DNA of 64,000 nucleotides from an uncultured Gammaproteobacteria bacterium (GTDB lineage Bacteria > Patescibacteriota > Patescibacteriia > Magasanikbacterales > GWA2-37-8), in NCBI GenBank assembly GCA_964619625.1, contig CAZUFD010000001.1, positions 59,316 through 123,315 of the forward strand. The letters are read 5' to 3'. Each line of letters starts with the position of its first letter. Within the stretch, counting starts at the first letter, position 1. A model generated the notes under the pieces. That model did not search any database and had not been told where the DNA came from. It saw only the letters and a program-made list of their open reading frames with translations. Shown piece after piece: positions 56,292 to 64,000 of this stretch. A program made the translations under genes and the position numbers.

Positions 56292-58547
56292 ATGACTAGC
56301 GCAGATATAGAAGCAAAAAAAGAAAGCGGAAATATTGAATTACCGCCATTTGAAGCGGCGGCGCGGACTCCGACCCTTGAAGACTTTCGCAAGTTAATAA
56401 AAGATCTGCCGGCGCTAGAAAAATTAGTTGCTGATGGCAAGCTAAAACCGGAAGATTTTATTGGGGCAGCTGATTTAGTCGCTGAAGCGGTTGAAGGCGC
56501 TGATGAAGAAATTTCGGCAGAGCTTGAGGCGTACCAGGGAAGATTGATAGAATTTTTAACCGCTGAAAGAGAAAAAAGTGAAAGTCCGGCAGGGCGCGCG
56601 GAAAGAGATATTAAGCTGGCGGTGGAGATAGATAAAATGGCGGAAGGCGCGCGAGAGTATAAAAAAGAAGTGTTAGCCGGAATTTTAGAAAGAAAGCAAT
56701 CGGGAAATTTTTTTGGTAAAACTAAAAAAATTGATGAAACTGGAAAAGAAGAGTGGGTTAGTAATCTCAAAACCGGAGATCGGCTGGTAAGTTTTTTGGT
56801 GCCTGGGGCGGACTTTCTTTCCATTAAATACTTAAATGACAATATTTTCGGCCCCCAAATTACAAATAAGATAATTGAAAAAAAACGTGAAGTATTAGAA
56901 GCTGAAATAAAAAAATTTGATAAAAATGCTTCATTAATCCAGTCTGATTATAAAACCGAGGTCGTTAAGCTTTCCAAGGATTCTGTAATTGATAATAAAA
57001 AACTCGGAGATATAACGCGTGCCGTGGATGCGGAGATGACAAAGTTTATCTCTGAAAAAATAGTTGATGGGTTGGTGGGTGGCGAGCGAAGCGCGTTAGA
57101 GCCTCTTATTATAAAAAGAGAAGAGAATAAATTTGCAGACAGTAATGAGCGCAAACTTAACGACGAAGCTATCAAAATGCACGAATCACGAATAAATAAA
57201 TGGGACCAGTTTAAGCGACAATTATTAGGCACAGATTCAAGCAAGGGTGGTTTTAGGATGAATTATGGCGTAGCCGTGGTAAATGGGGAAGAGGCTACAG
57301 ATAAGTTGTTGGCTCTAAACCAGTCGCTACAAACTAGCCGCATGGCCAGAGAAGCGCAAGATGGCAGTTATGGAGCAGAGTATAGTGAAGCTAAAAATTT
57401 GCAAGAGATAGAAAATATAAAAGATTTAAGAAATGAAATTGTAGGAGGTGGTAATAAAATTACGGACTTAGATGGGAATGAGTTTGTAATTTTTTTGCCT
57501 GTGCCGGTTGAGAGCGCGGTAACCAGATATTCACTTAATCGAGATTTATTGCGCGATGTTCGTAAGGGTAAGTTTAAGACAAAAAATACAGAATTGCTTA
57601 GTAAAATATCCTTGTATGTTAAAAAGTTAAATATTTTAGACGCGGTTAAACCTTTTATATCAGAAGAGATAGGCGCTGTTACCAGCGCGGTTGATCGCAA
57701 CCAGGAACTGGCAGAAAAAATGAAGAGCGGGGAACTGGCTGTTGAGGATCGGAAGCGGGTGGTAGAAATATTACGGGCCAATGAAAAAGATGAAAAATAT
57801 ACTTCTGCCGCTGAATTCCATAAGCGTGCCATAGAAATGAATGATGCGGCCTATGTAAGTTTAGATGTGTTGGATTTGGGTGTAGATTTGCTTTTGGAAT
57901 ATGAAAGTGCTTTGCAGGATATTGAAGCTACTGATGAAAGCGATAGAGCTCGTAAATTTAACGAGGTTTCTTTGTCAGCCGGGGATGAGACTACTAAAAA
58001 ATTGAGGGAATTTAGAGAAAAAGTAGCCGAGGTATATAGGAAGTTTGGTTTAGAGGATGATTTAGTGGTGGGAGATATTGGAGGAGACGAACTGACGCTG
58101 GCAGTTAATGTGGGAGAAGGAAGTGTGCTGAGCAAAAAGGGTAAGATGGATGAATTTTTGTTCGCCTTAAAAGAGGCGACAAATACTCGGGTAATTAAAA
58201 CCGTAGTCTCACGAGCTGAAAAGCATGTTGGCAGCGAAACCAGCGAACAAAGCAAGGTAGAAGCGCATCTAGAGGCAATTAAACGAGCTGAAGATGGGGC
58301 AGCTATCGCTAAAGATTTAGAAGAGGGAGCAAGAAAGTTGACTTTGTTACTTAAGCGAGAAGGTAAGGATGCGGTCGCGCAGAAGTTAGATGGGTTAAGT
58401 AAAGTATTTATGATAGAAGGAAATGAAGTAAAATCTAACTTTGTGATAATGGATAATGATGGTGGGTTTAAGATAGCCAATGGTGATAATGGTGAATTTG
58501 ATTATAATTCAATTAAAAAAGATTTGGATAAGATTTTGGGTAGATAG
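56292..58547 (+). CDS. Large (751 aa) K/E-rich coiled-coil hypothetical protein
   Basis: Long ORF with low-complexity charged helical composition and no catalytic motifs. Confidence 0.5.
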   Translation: MTSADIEAKKESGNIELPPFEAAARTPTLEDFRKLIKDLPALEKLVADGKLKPEDFIGAADLVAEAVEGADEEISAELEAYQGRLIEFLTAEREKSESPAGRAERDIKLAVEIDKMAEGAREYKKEVLAGILERKQSGNFFGKTKKIDETGKEEWVSNLKTGDRLVSFLVPGADFLSIKYLNDNIFGPQITNKIIEKKREVLEAEIKKFDKNASLIQSDYKTEVVKLSKDSVIDNKKLGDITRAVDAEMTKFISEKIVDGLVGGERSALEPLIIKREENKFADSNERKLNDEAIKMHESRINKWDQFKRQLLGTDSSKGGFRMNYGVAVVNGEEATDKLLALNQSLQTSRMAREAQDGSYGAEYSEAKNLQEIENIKDLRNEIVGGGNKITDLDGNEFVIFLPVPVESAVTRYSLNRDLLRDVRKGKFKTKNTELLSKISLYVKKLNILDAVKPFISEEIGAVTSAVDRNQELAEKMKSGELAVEDRKRVVEILRANEKDEKYTSAAEFHKRAIEMNDAAYVSLDVLDLGVDLLLEYESALQDIEATDESDRARKFNEVSLSAGDETTKKLREFREKVAEVYRKFGLEDDLVVGDIGGDELTLAVNVGEGSVLSKKGKMDEFLFALKEATNTRVIKTVVSRAEKHVGSETSEQSKVEAHLEAIKRAEDGAAIAKDLEEGARKLTLLLKREGKDAVAQKLDGLSKVFMIEGNEVKSNFVIMDNDGGFKIANGDNGEFDYNSIKKDLDKILGR

Positions 58548-58630
58548 GAAATTAATTGTAAGGGCTAAAGCCCGAATAAAATTATTGACAATTCAGGTGA
58601 AACATATTATATTATTTCCACTTGAATTAT

Positions 58631-58702
58631 TCCCGGGTAGCGCAGCGGTAGCGCAGTTGGCTGTTAACCAATTGGTCGTCGGTTCGAATCCGACCCCGGG
58701 AG
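58631..58702 (+). tRNA. tRNA-Asn (anticodon GUU)
   Basis: Acceptor TCCCGGG/CCCGGGA. D arm GCGC-AGCGGTA-GCGC. Anticodon arm GTTGG-CTGTTAA-CCAAT. T arm GTCGG-TTCGAAT-CCGAC. Discriminator G. Confidence 0.85.
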
Positions 58703-58719
58703 CAGAGGAAAGAACTAGC

Positions 58720-59946
58720 ATGATGGTTCTTTTCTTTTTTAAAAACTATTTTAAATACATGTTAAAAAATCATCACAAAAATGTCCTTATCGTGGCTCTT
58801 ATCGCCCTGGTAAACATGCTTGGGTACGGCATTATCATCCCTTTAATGTATGGCTATTCAAAAAAATTTGGCCTCTCAGATTTTGAGAATGGTCTTTTAT
58901 TTGCTATTTTTTCAGTCTGCCAATTTTTTTCTACACCAATTATCGGCCGGTTGTCCGATAAATACGGTCGCAAGCCAATGCTTCTTATTTCTATAATCGG
59001 CACCGCTTTATCATTTTTCATGATGGCTTTTGCTCCAAACGCATTAGTATTATTTTTGTCACGCGCTTTGGACGGCCTCACTGCCGGAAATATTCCTGTT
59101 GCCTTTGCTGTAATTTCTGATTCAACCAAACCAGAAGAACGCGCCAAAGCCTTTGGTCTTATCAGTTCAGCTTTTAATTTTGGTTTTGTTTTTGGGCCAG
59201 CCATCGCCGCGTTTACGGTGGGTTATTATCAACCATTGCCATTTATTATTGCCGGCGTCGTTACCGTCGGGGCGGCCATACTCACGGCTCTGTATTTGCC
59301 GGAAACAAATGAGCATATGGGCGAAGTGGCGCACAGCAAACTTTTTGATTTCAAAAAAATGTGGCACACCTTGTTTGATCCAAATGTCGGCACTACTTTT
59401 GTGATATCGTTTCTATTTATGTTGGCATTTGCCAGCGCCCTTATTTATGGCTTCCAACCGTTTACCTTAAATGTTTTGCATATCAACGAATCGCAAAACG
59501 CTATGCTTTTTACTTTGTTTGGAAGCATAGGACTTTTTGCGCAAACTTTTTTAGTTGGCCGTTTTTCAAAAAAACTTGGCATCAAAAAAGCATTCTCCAC
59601 CGGCATACTGCTGACAGCCATGTCTTTTTTTATTATGTTCCTGTCCCGTTCGGTCGTGGTTTTTGTTATCGCGATGGTTATAATGGCGCTTTTTAACAGT
59701 ATTGCCCAAACTCTTTTTCCGACTATTCTTTCCCAAGAAGCAGACGCAAAATCACAAGGCACTATTATGGGTCTGAATTCGTCATACCAAAGTATTGGCA
59801 TGATTGCGGGTCCGATTCTGGGCGGTGTTGTTGCAAGCCTGGCAATTTCATTGCCATTTCTATTTGGCAGCGTTCTGCTTCTCATTTGTTTTCTCCTATC
59901 ATTTAAAATTCTTCGTCCCGGCATAAAAAAGGAGTCAGCTTTCTAA
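58720..59946 (+). CDS. MFS transporter
   Basis: Start reset to MMVLFF, which has a GAGGAAAG RBS, because the longer ORF runs through tRNA-Asn. Twelve TM helices and the MFS motif GRLSDKYGRKP. Confidence 0.75.
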   Translation: MMVLFFFKNYFKYMLKNHHKNVLIVALIALVNMLGYGIIIPLMYGYSKKFGLSDFENGLLFAIFSVCQFFSTPIIGRLSDKYGRKPMLLISIIGTALSFFMMAFAPNALVLFLSRALDGLTAGNIPVAFAVISDSTKPEERAKAFGLISSAFNFGFVFGPAIAAFTVGYYQPLPFIIAGVVTVGAAILTALYLPETNEHMGEVAHSKLFDFKKMWHTLFDPNVGTTFVISFLFMLAFASALIYGFQPFTLNVLHINESQNAMLFTLFGSIGLFAQTFLVGRFSKKLGIKKAFSTGILLTAMSFFIMFLSRSVVVFVIAMVIMALFNSIAQTLFPTILSQEADAKSQGTIMGLNSSYQSIGMIAGPILGGVVASLAISLPFLFGSVLLLICFLLSFKILRPGIKKESAF

Positions 59947-60028
59947 AGTCCAGAAGGTGAGCATACCGCAAGGAATTAGAATTGATATTTTTTAAGTTGA
60001 CAAAGTATTCATTTTTGCTAATGTTGAA

Positions 60029-62194
60029 ATGGTTTTCGCAATGTTTGCGTTTGCCAAAAACACCAAACATGGAGGGGTTATGCGCTCGCATCAGGATATT
60101 CGTCGTATTCTCGCGGAGCGCATTCTTGCCCTCCTTGAGATCAGTGCAAAACTGCCGCAACCGTTTCGGCCTTATCAGTACCAGGCCATGTCAAACATGG
60201 TTGATTGGCTGAAGGACAGTTCCGGAACCAAGCGTGGTTATGTGGAACACGCGACCGGTTTGGGTAAAACAGTGCTATTTGCGTCTCTGGCCGCTGTCTG
60301 CCATGGACTGCGTATCTTGATTGTTGAGCCGAGCAAGGTGCTCGTGGAACAAACAATCCATCGCGTTGCACAGTACAGCGGTGGTCCGGTGGGCTACATT
60401 GCTTCGGTGGAAGATATTCGCAATGACGAAGGTCAGCTGATTGGTCGCCGAGGGTATGAAGGCGTCAACATTGTAGTTACCACAGATGAGAGTCTGTGCG
60501 CCTATGCAGCTGAACTTGCGCTCCGGTACCAGCCCGATGTTGTGGTATTTGATGAGTGTCACTGGGGCTATCTCAGTAATACTGATGCGGCTCTGGCTCA
60601 TTTTTCCGAAGCTGTCATTATCGGCTTCTCGGCCACTGCCAACTATCTCACTCCTGTGTGCTCGCAGTCCTCGGTTCCACTTCGTCTAGAAAATCAACGC
60701 GAGCTTTATGGTCTGCCTCATCGGATGGCAAGCCAATACTTCGGTACGCTTATTGATCGGCGCACGCTGATCTGGGGAATCCAAAATGGCTGGCTTGCTC
60801 CGCTAGCTTGGGATTCGTTTGAGACTAACTTGTCTCTTGGAAATATTGTCATCCAGGAAGGGGATTGCGGTCTGGACTATCACATGGCCGCTATCACCAA
60901 TTTTCTTGGTGGCAATTGGATGGCCATAACTCGAATGGTCTGTGACTTGTACGCAAGCGGCAAATACGATCTAGCTAAGCGGCAGGTGTTTGCAGTGTGT
61001 CCGGGTGTTAGAGAAGCAGAAGAGCTTGCCGCTGCCATCAACCTTTTGGGAGTGTCATCAGCCTGTGTGGTCGGCAAAACCAGCGGCAAGGATCGTCGGG
61101 CTGCAATTAGTGCTCATAAGACCAAAGGCGTACGACTCTTAACTTCAGTGGGTGTCCTCCGTGAAGGTTGGGACGGTGAGGCAGAGGTTTGCCTGAATCT
61201 TCGTCTTACGATTTCGCAAGTGCGATATGAGCAAACGCTTGGTCGTATCCTGCGTCCTCGTCAGAATAAGGTCAGCCTGATGCTTGATGCTAACTTTCAG
61301 ACCTTCAATGGCCTGCAGCCGCTGACCGCGTCGTATCTTTATGGCCAGATCAACTCAGGTGTTATACCGGGTGACATCCTGGTAAATACACAAGAGGGTG
61401 CTGCGGGTGTAATCCGATCGCCAAGCCTCTCGCCTTATCTAGTTTCTGACAAACAGCAGCCGAAACCCAAGGCCACTGAGATTAAGATGGACACCGACCA
61501 AATAGTGTTGCACTTGCTGTTTAGACTCCTGTGCGAACATTTGGTAGAGAGACCGGGCGATAGACAGTATATCAAGGTGCCGATCACCTTGTTGCAGAAC
61601 CGATGCGGACAAGATCGAAAGACAGCTGAACAATTCCTGGAAAAGATGTGTAAGGCTGGTTTCATTGGAGGGCAGCCTCCATGGGATATAGTTTGGCCAA
61701 TGGTTAAGATTGACCGTACGGTTCAGGAAAGCAGGCGTGGCAGCAACAGATCGCGCCGCAATCAAACGGTACGTAGGTCACTCAGTGTTCATCATACGAA
61801 TGCAGACTACCACCGCACGCTCCGAGAGAGAAGCTTCAATGTTACTGGCTCGGCCATTGTACACGCGCCGCAACTGATTCTGGAAGATGTGTATGCCTTG
61901 GGCAAAGATCTCGTTATTGCGGTGCTAGAGACACTTGCAGCAAGCGGCGCTATCGAACAAGTCCAAGATTGGACAGTGGTCAGAATCAATGAAGTGCCAG
62001 AGAAGCCTTCGGTCAAGCGTAAGAAGCAAAAAAGAAGGCGAAAACGAACGAGTCCGGCGACTGAGCCACGACCGATCCCTGATGATCTAGGTGTCATTTT
62101 GCAGGATTTAAAGTTAAAGTTCCTGCAAATGTTCTGGCGTTTGGTTGAAAATAGTTTTGAGGAGCATCTGAGGAGGAAAAAAACAAAAGGGTAA
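60029..62194 (+). CDS. Superfamily-2 (DEAD/DEAH-like) helicase with a roughly 300-aa C-terminal region ending in a basic KRKKQKRRRKR tail; GC-elevated
   Basis: Motif I TGLGKT, motif II VVVFDECHW, motif VI QTLGRILRPRQ. GC is about 52% against the roughly 40% background. The start may be at MRSHQD (60080). Confidence 0.6.
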   Translation: MVFAMFAFAKNTKHGGVMRSHQDIRRILAERILALLEISAKLPQPFRPYQYQAMSNMVDWLKDSSGTKRGYVEHATGLGKTVLFASLAAVCHGLRILIVEPSKVLVEQTIHRVAQYSGGPVGYIASVEDIRNDEGQLIGRRGYEGVNIVVTTDESLCAYAAELALRYQPDVVVFDECHWGYLSNTDAALAHFSEAVIIGFSATANYLTPVCSQSSVPLRLENQRELYGLPHRMASQYFGTLIDRRTLIWGIQNGWLAPLAWDSFETNLSLGNIVIQEGDCGLDYHMAAITNFLGGNWMAITRMVCDLYASGKYDLAKRQVFAVCPGVREAEELAAAINLLGVSSACVVGKTSGKDRRAAISAHKTKGVRLLTSVGVLREGWDGEAEVCLNLRLTISQVRYEQTLGRILRPRQNKVSLMLDANFQTFNGLQPLTASYLYGQINSGVIPGDILVNTQEGAAGVIRSPSLSPYLVSDKQQPKPKATEIKMDTDQIVLHLLFRLLCEHLVERPGDRQYIKVPITLLQNRCGQDRKTAEQFLEKMCKAGFIGGQPPWDIVWPMVKIDRTVQESRRGSNRSRRNQTVRRSLSVHHTNADYHRTLRERSFNVTGSAIVHAPQLILEDVYALGKDLVIAVLETLAASGAIEQVQDWTVVRINEVPEKPSVKRKKQKRRRKRTSPATEPRPIPDDLGVILQDLKLKFLQMFWRLVENSFEEHLRRKKTKG

Positions 62195-62413
62195 TGATTT
62201 CTTACGGAAAGGAGAAGTCTCAACCATTACCCCGTTGTCCTTTGGGAAACATTTTGTTTTTCAGAGGATGCCGATTTCTCATCAAGTATTTAGAATGCTT
62301 TTAGATGAAGCTTATGTAAAGCTTCGTTTTTTGTATACGTATAATATAAATTATCCACAGGTAAGGTAGTGGTAAAACTTGTACAAAGTATTTGACATTA
62401 GGTATACTACCTT

Positions 62414-62434
62414 GTAACCTGGGGGGTAGGTTAA
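62414..62434 (+). promoter_or_regulatory. Putative CsoR operator (inverted repeat flanking a G-tract), 15 nt upstream of csoR
   Basis: TAACCT-GGGGGG-t-AGGTTA is an inverted repeat around a G-tract. It resembles the GC-tract pseudo-palindromes bound by CsoR-family repressors. Confidence 0.35.
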
Positions 62435-62448
62435 TAATTAATATATCT

Positions 62449-62712
62449 ATGAAACATAATATCAATACAAAGAAACTGCTTAAATCATCCAAGCAAGCAC
62501 AGGGGACTTTGGCAAAGGTTGTAGAGATGGTTGAAGAAAATCGTTACTGTCCAGATATAATTCAACAGGTTGACAGCGTGATCGGGCTGCTTAAAACCGC
62601 CAAGCGGGAACTATTATCCGGACACCTTGATACATGCGTTGCTCATCAGTTGGTTACTAACAAGAAAAAAGCGATTGACGAGTTAATTAAGATTTATAAC
62701 CTTTCCAATTAA
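62449..62712 (+). CDS. csoR: CsoR/RcnR-family metal-sensing transcriptional repressor
   Basis: Start at MKHNINTKK. The conserved ligand positions are present (RYCPDI ... SGHLDTC), and the product is about 90 aa. Confidence 0.75.
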   Translation: MKHNINTKKLLKSSKQAQGTLAKVVEMVEENRYCPDIIQQVDSVIGLLKTAKRELLSGHLDTCVAHQLVTNKKKAIDELIKIYNLSN

Positions 62713-62713
62713 T

Positions 62714-64000
62714 ATGGACATGCCGAAAAAATTTACAATTAAGGGTATGCACTGCGCTTCGTGCGCTGCTACAATTGAAAAAAGTTTTAAAAAAGTAGAG
62801 GGCGTTTCTTCGGCTGAAGTTAATTATGGCACTGAAACAGCCAAAGTTACCTTTGACGAAACCAAAACAAACCCGCAGGAACTTTCTAAAACGATTGAAC
62901 CGCTTGGCTATTCAATTTCCATGCCTTCTGCCGAAGAGATGGGAATGTCGGAAAGCGAACATGCGGCGCACTTAGGGCTTAATCAATCCAAAAAGGAAAA
63001 GCTCGCCGAAGTTAAGGGCATGAGAACTATGGTACTTTCTGCCATCCCCCTGGCAATTTTTGCCGCTTTTGTTATGGGGTGGGATATTTTTGCTCAGTAT
63101 GGCGTCGTGTCTGGGACAGGTAGTGTAGTAAAGGAATTTTTTCATCATCTTCTCCCTTTAATGGCAACCTATACGCTTTTTGTTGTGGGCAAGCCATACT
63201 TGCTCGGTTTTTACAGGTTTCTCCGATATGGCAAAGCAAACATGGATACGCTGATCGGCATTGGAACTACTGCCGCCTTTTTATATAGCTTTGCAGTTAC
63301 GGCTTTTGAAGATACGCTTCGGCCTTTTATAAACGTTGACTATCAGTACTACGACGTGACAATCGTGGTCATTACCTTTATTGCCCTTGGGAAATATCTT
63401 GAGGCAAGATCGAAAATAAAGACGGGAGATGCCATAGAAAAACTTCTTAATCTTCAAGCAAAAACGGCGCTTGTTATCCGTGACGGAAAAGAAATAGAAA
63501 TATCAGTAAACGACGTAAGGCACGGAGATTTGATTATCGTAAAACCTGGCGCAAAGATTCCAGTGGATGGCGTCATAACAGATGGCAGTTCTTTTGTTGA
63601 CGAATCCATGGTAACCGGAGAGCCGATGCCGGCGGAGAAAAAGATTGGCGACAGCGTTGTGTCCGGAACTATCAACACCAGTGGTTCGTTTACATTTAAA
63701 GCAGCCAAAGTTGGGTCTGAAACACTGCTTGCTCAGATTATACGGATGGTTGAAGACGCTCAGGGCAGCAAGGCTCCAATTCAGGCGCTTGCAGATAAAA
63801 TTTCCTCAATCTTTGTTCCGATAGTTCTTGTTATCGCATTCCTTACTCTTGGAGCATGGCTTATTATTGGGTCGCGGTATTTAGGATTCTCCCAAGCTTT
63901 ATCATTTGGTCTTGTCTCGTTTGTGGGGATTTTGGTTATTGCCTGTCCTTGCGCTCTTGGTCTGGCTACTCCGACAGCGATTATTGTAGGAGTGGGTAAG
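62714..64000 (+). CDS. copA: Copper-translocating P1B-type ATPase CopA. The 5' part only; it runs off the window.
   Basis: N-terminal HMA domain [13 protein letters not shown], a TM region, and the CPC motif ([12 protein letters not shown]) near the window end. Confidence 0.85.
   Translation, partial: MDMPKKFTIKGMHCASCAATIEKSFKKVEGVSSAEVNYGTETAKVTFDETKTNPQELSKTIEPLGYSISMPSAEEMGMSESEHAAHLGLNQSKKEKLAEVKGMRTMVLSAIPLAIFAAFVMGWDIFAQYGVVSGTGSVVKEFFHHLLPLMATYTLFVVGKPYLLGFYRFLRYGKANMDTLIGIGTTAAFLYSFAVTAFEDTLRPFINVDYQYYDVTIVVITFIALGKYLEARSKIKTGDAIEKLLNLQAKTALVIRDGKEIEISVNDVRHGDLIIVKPGAKIPVDGVITDGSSFVDESMVTGEPMPAEKKIGDSVVSGTINTSGSFTFKAAKVGSETLLAQIIRMVEDAQGSKAPIQALADKISSIFVPIVLVIAFLTLGAWLIIGSRYLGFSQALSFGLVSFVGILVIACPCALGLATPTAIIVGVGK

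Noticed and set aside
58480-58719. N-terminal 80 codons of the 488-aa ORF
   Set aside because: This stretch runs through tRNA-Asn(GUU). The real MFS transporter starts at the ATG at 58720, which has a GAGGA RBS.

Overview
This is a roughly 40% GC, gene-dense bacterial chromosome segment. Most genes are short, and the content (giant Cys-rich surface protein, competence proteins ComEC-like and ComFC, a Gram-positive-style type IV secretion-like cluster, suf-only Fe-S assembly) fits a Patescibacteria/CPR-like or other reduced genome. That lineage call is inference only.

Housekeeping genes recognised from motifs: nusA, yidC, groES-groEL, prfB (RF2, full-length, no frameshift), tsaC/yrdC, rsmA/ksgA, the suf operon (sufC-sufB-sufD-sufS-sufU-DUF59) on the minus strand, ftsE-ftsX, a PQQ-type sugar dehydrogenase, an MFS transporter and csoR-copA at the 3' end.

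RNA genes: tRNA-Ser(GCU), a second type-II Ser-like tRNA with an apparent ACU anticodon, tRNA-Gln(UUG), tRNA-Asn(GUU), and a roughly 350-nt ORF-free GC-richer stretch that I read as a candidate RNase P RNA.

Accessory features worth attention:
- A 7.6-kb gene for a 2532-aa Cys-rich surface protein sits directly upstream of a T4SS-like cluster (VirB6/TrbL-like 1061-aa protein, PrgI/VirB3-like small protein, VirB4 ATPase, then ComFC). VirB4 is split into two same-frame ORFs by a single in-frame TAA.
- A cluster of RimK-type ATP-grasp ligases: two tandem paralogs, plus a divergently oriented pair of a 7TM membrane protein and an ATP-grasp::HExxH 'QEGLA'/DUF1704 peptidase fusion. It resembles comparative-genomics-predicted peptide-modification systems whose function is unknown.
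- A previously unannotated family of about 75-nt bipartite-hairpin intergenic repeats with five copies, several of which fill stop-to-start gaps exactly.
- A GC-rich 185-nt long palindrome between sufC and sufB.
- Three GC-elevated islets that look foreign: two zinc-ribbon ORFs at about 0.9-1.5 kb, a 17-Cys lipoprotein at about 24.8-25.4 kb, and an SF2 helicase at about 60-62.2 kb.

No CRISPR array, rRNA, transposase or integrase was seen.
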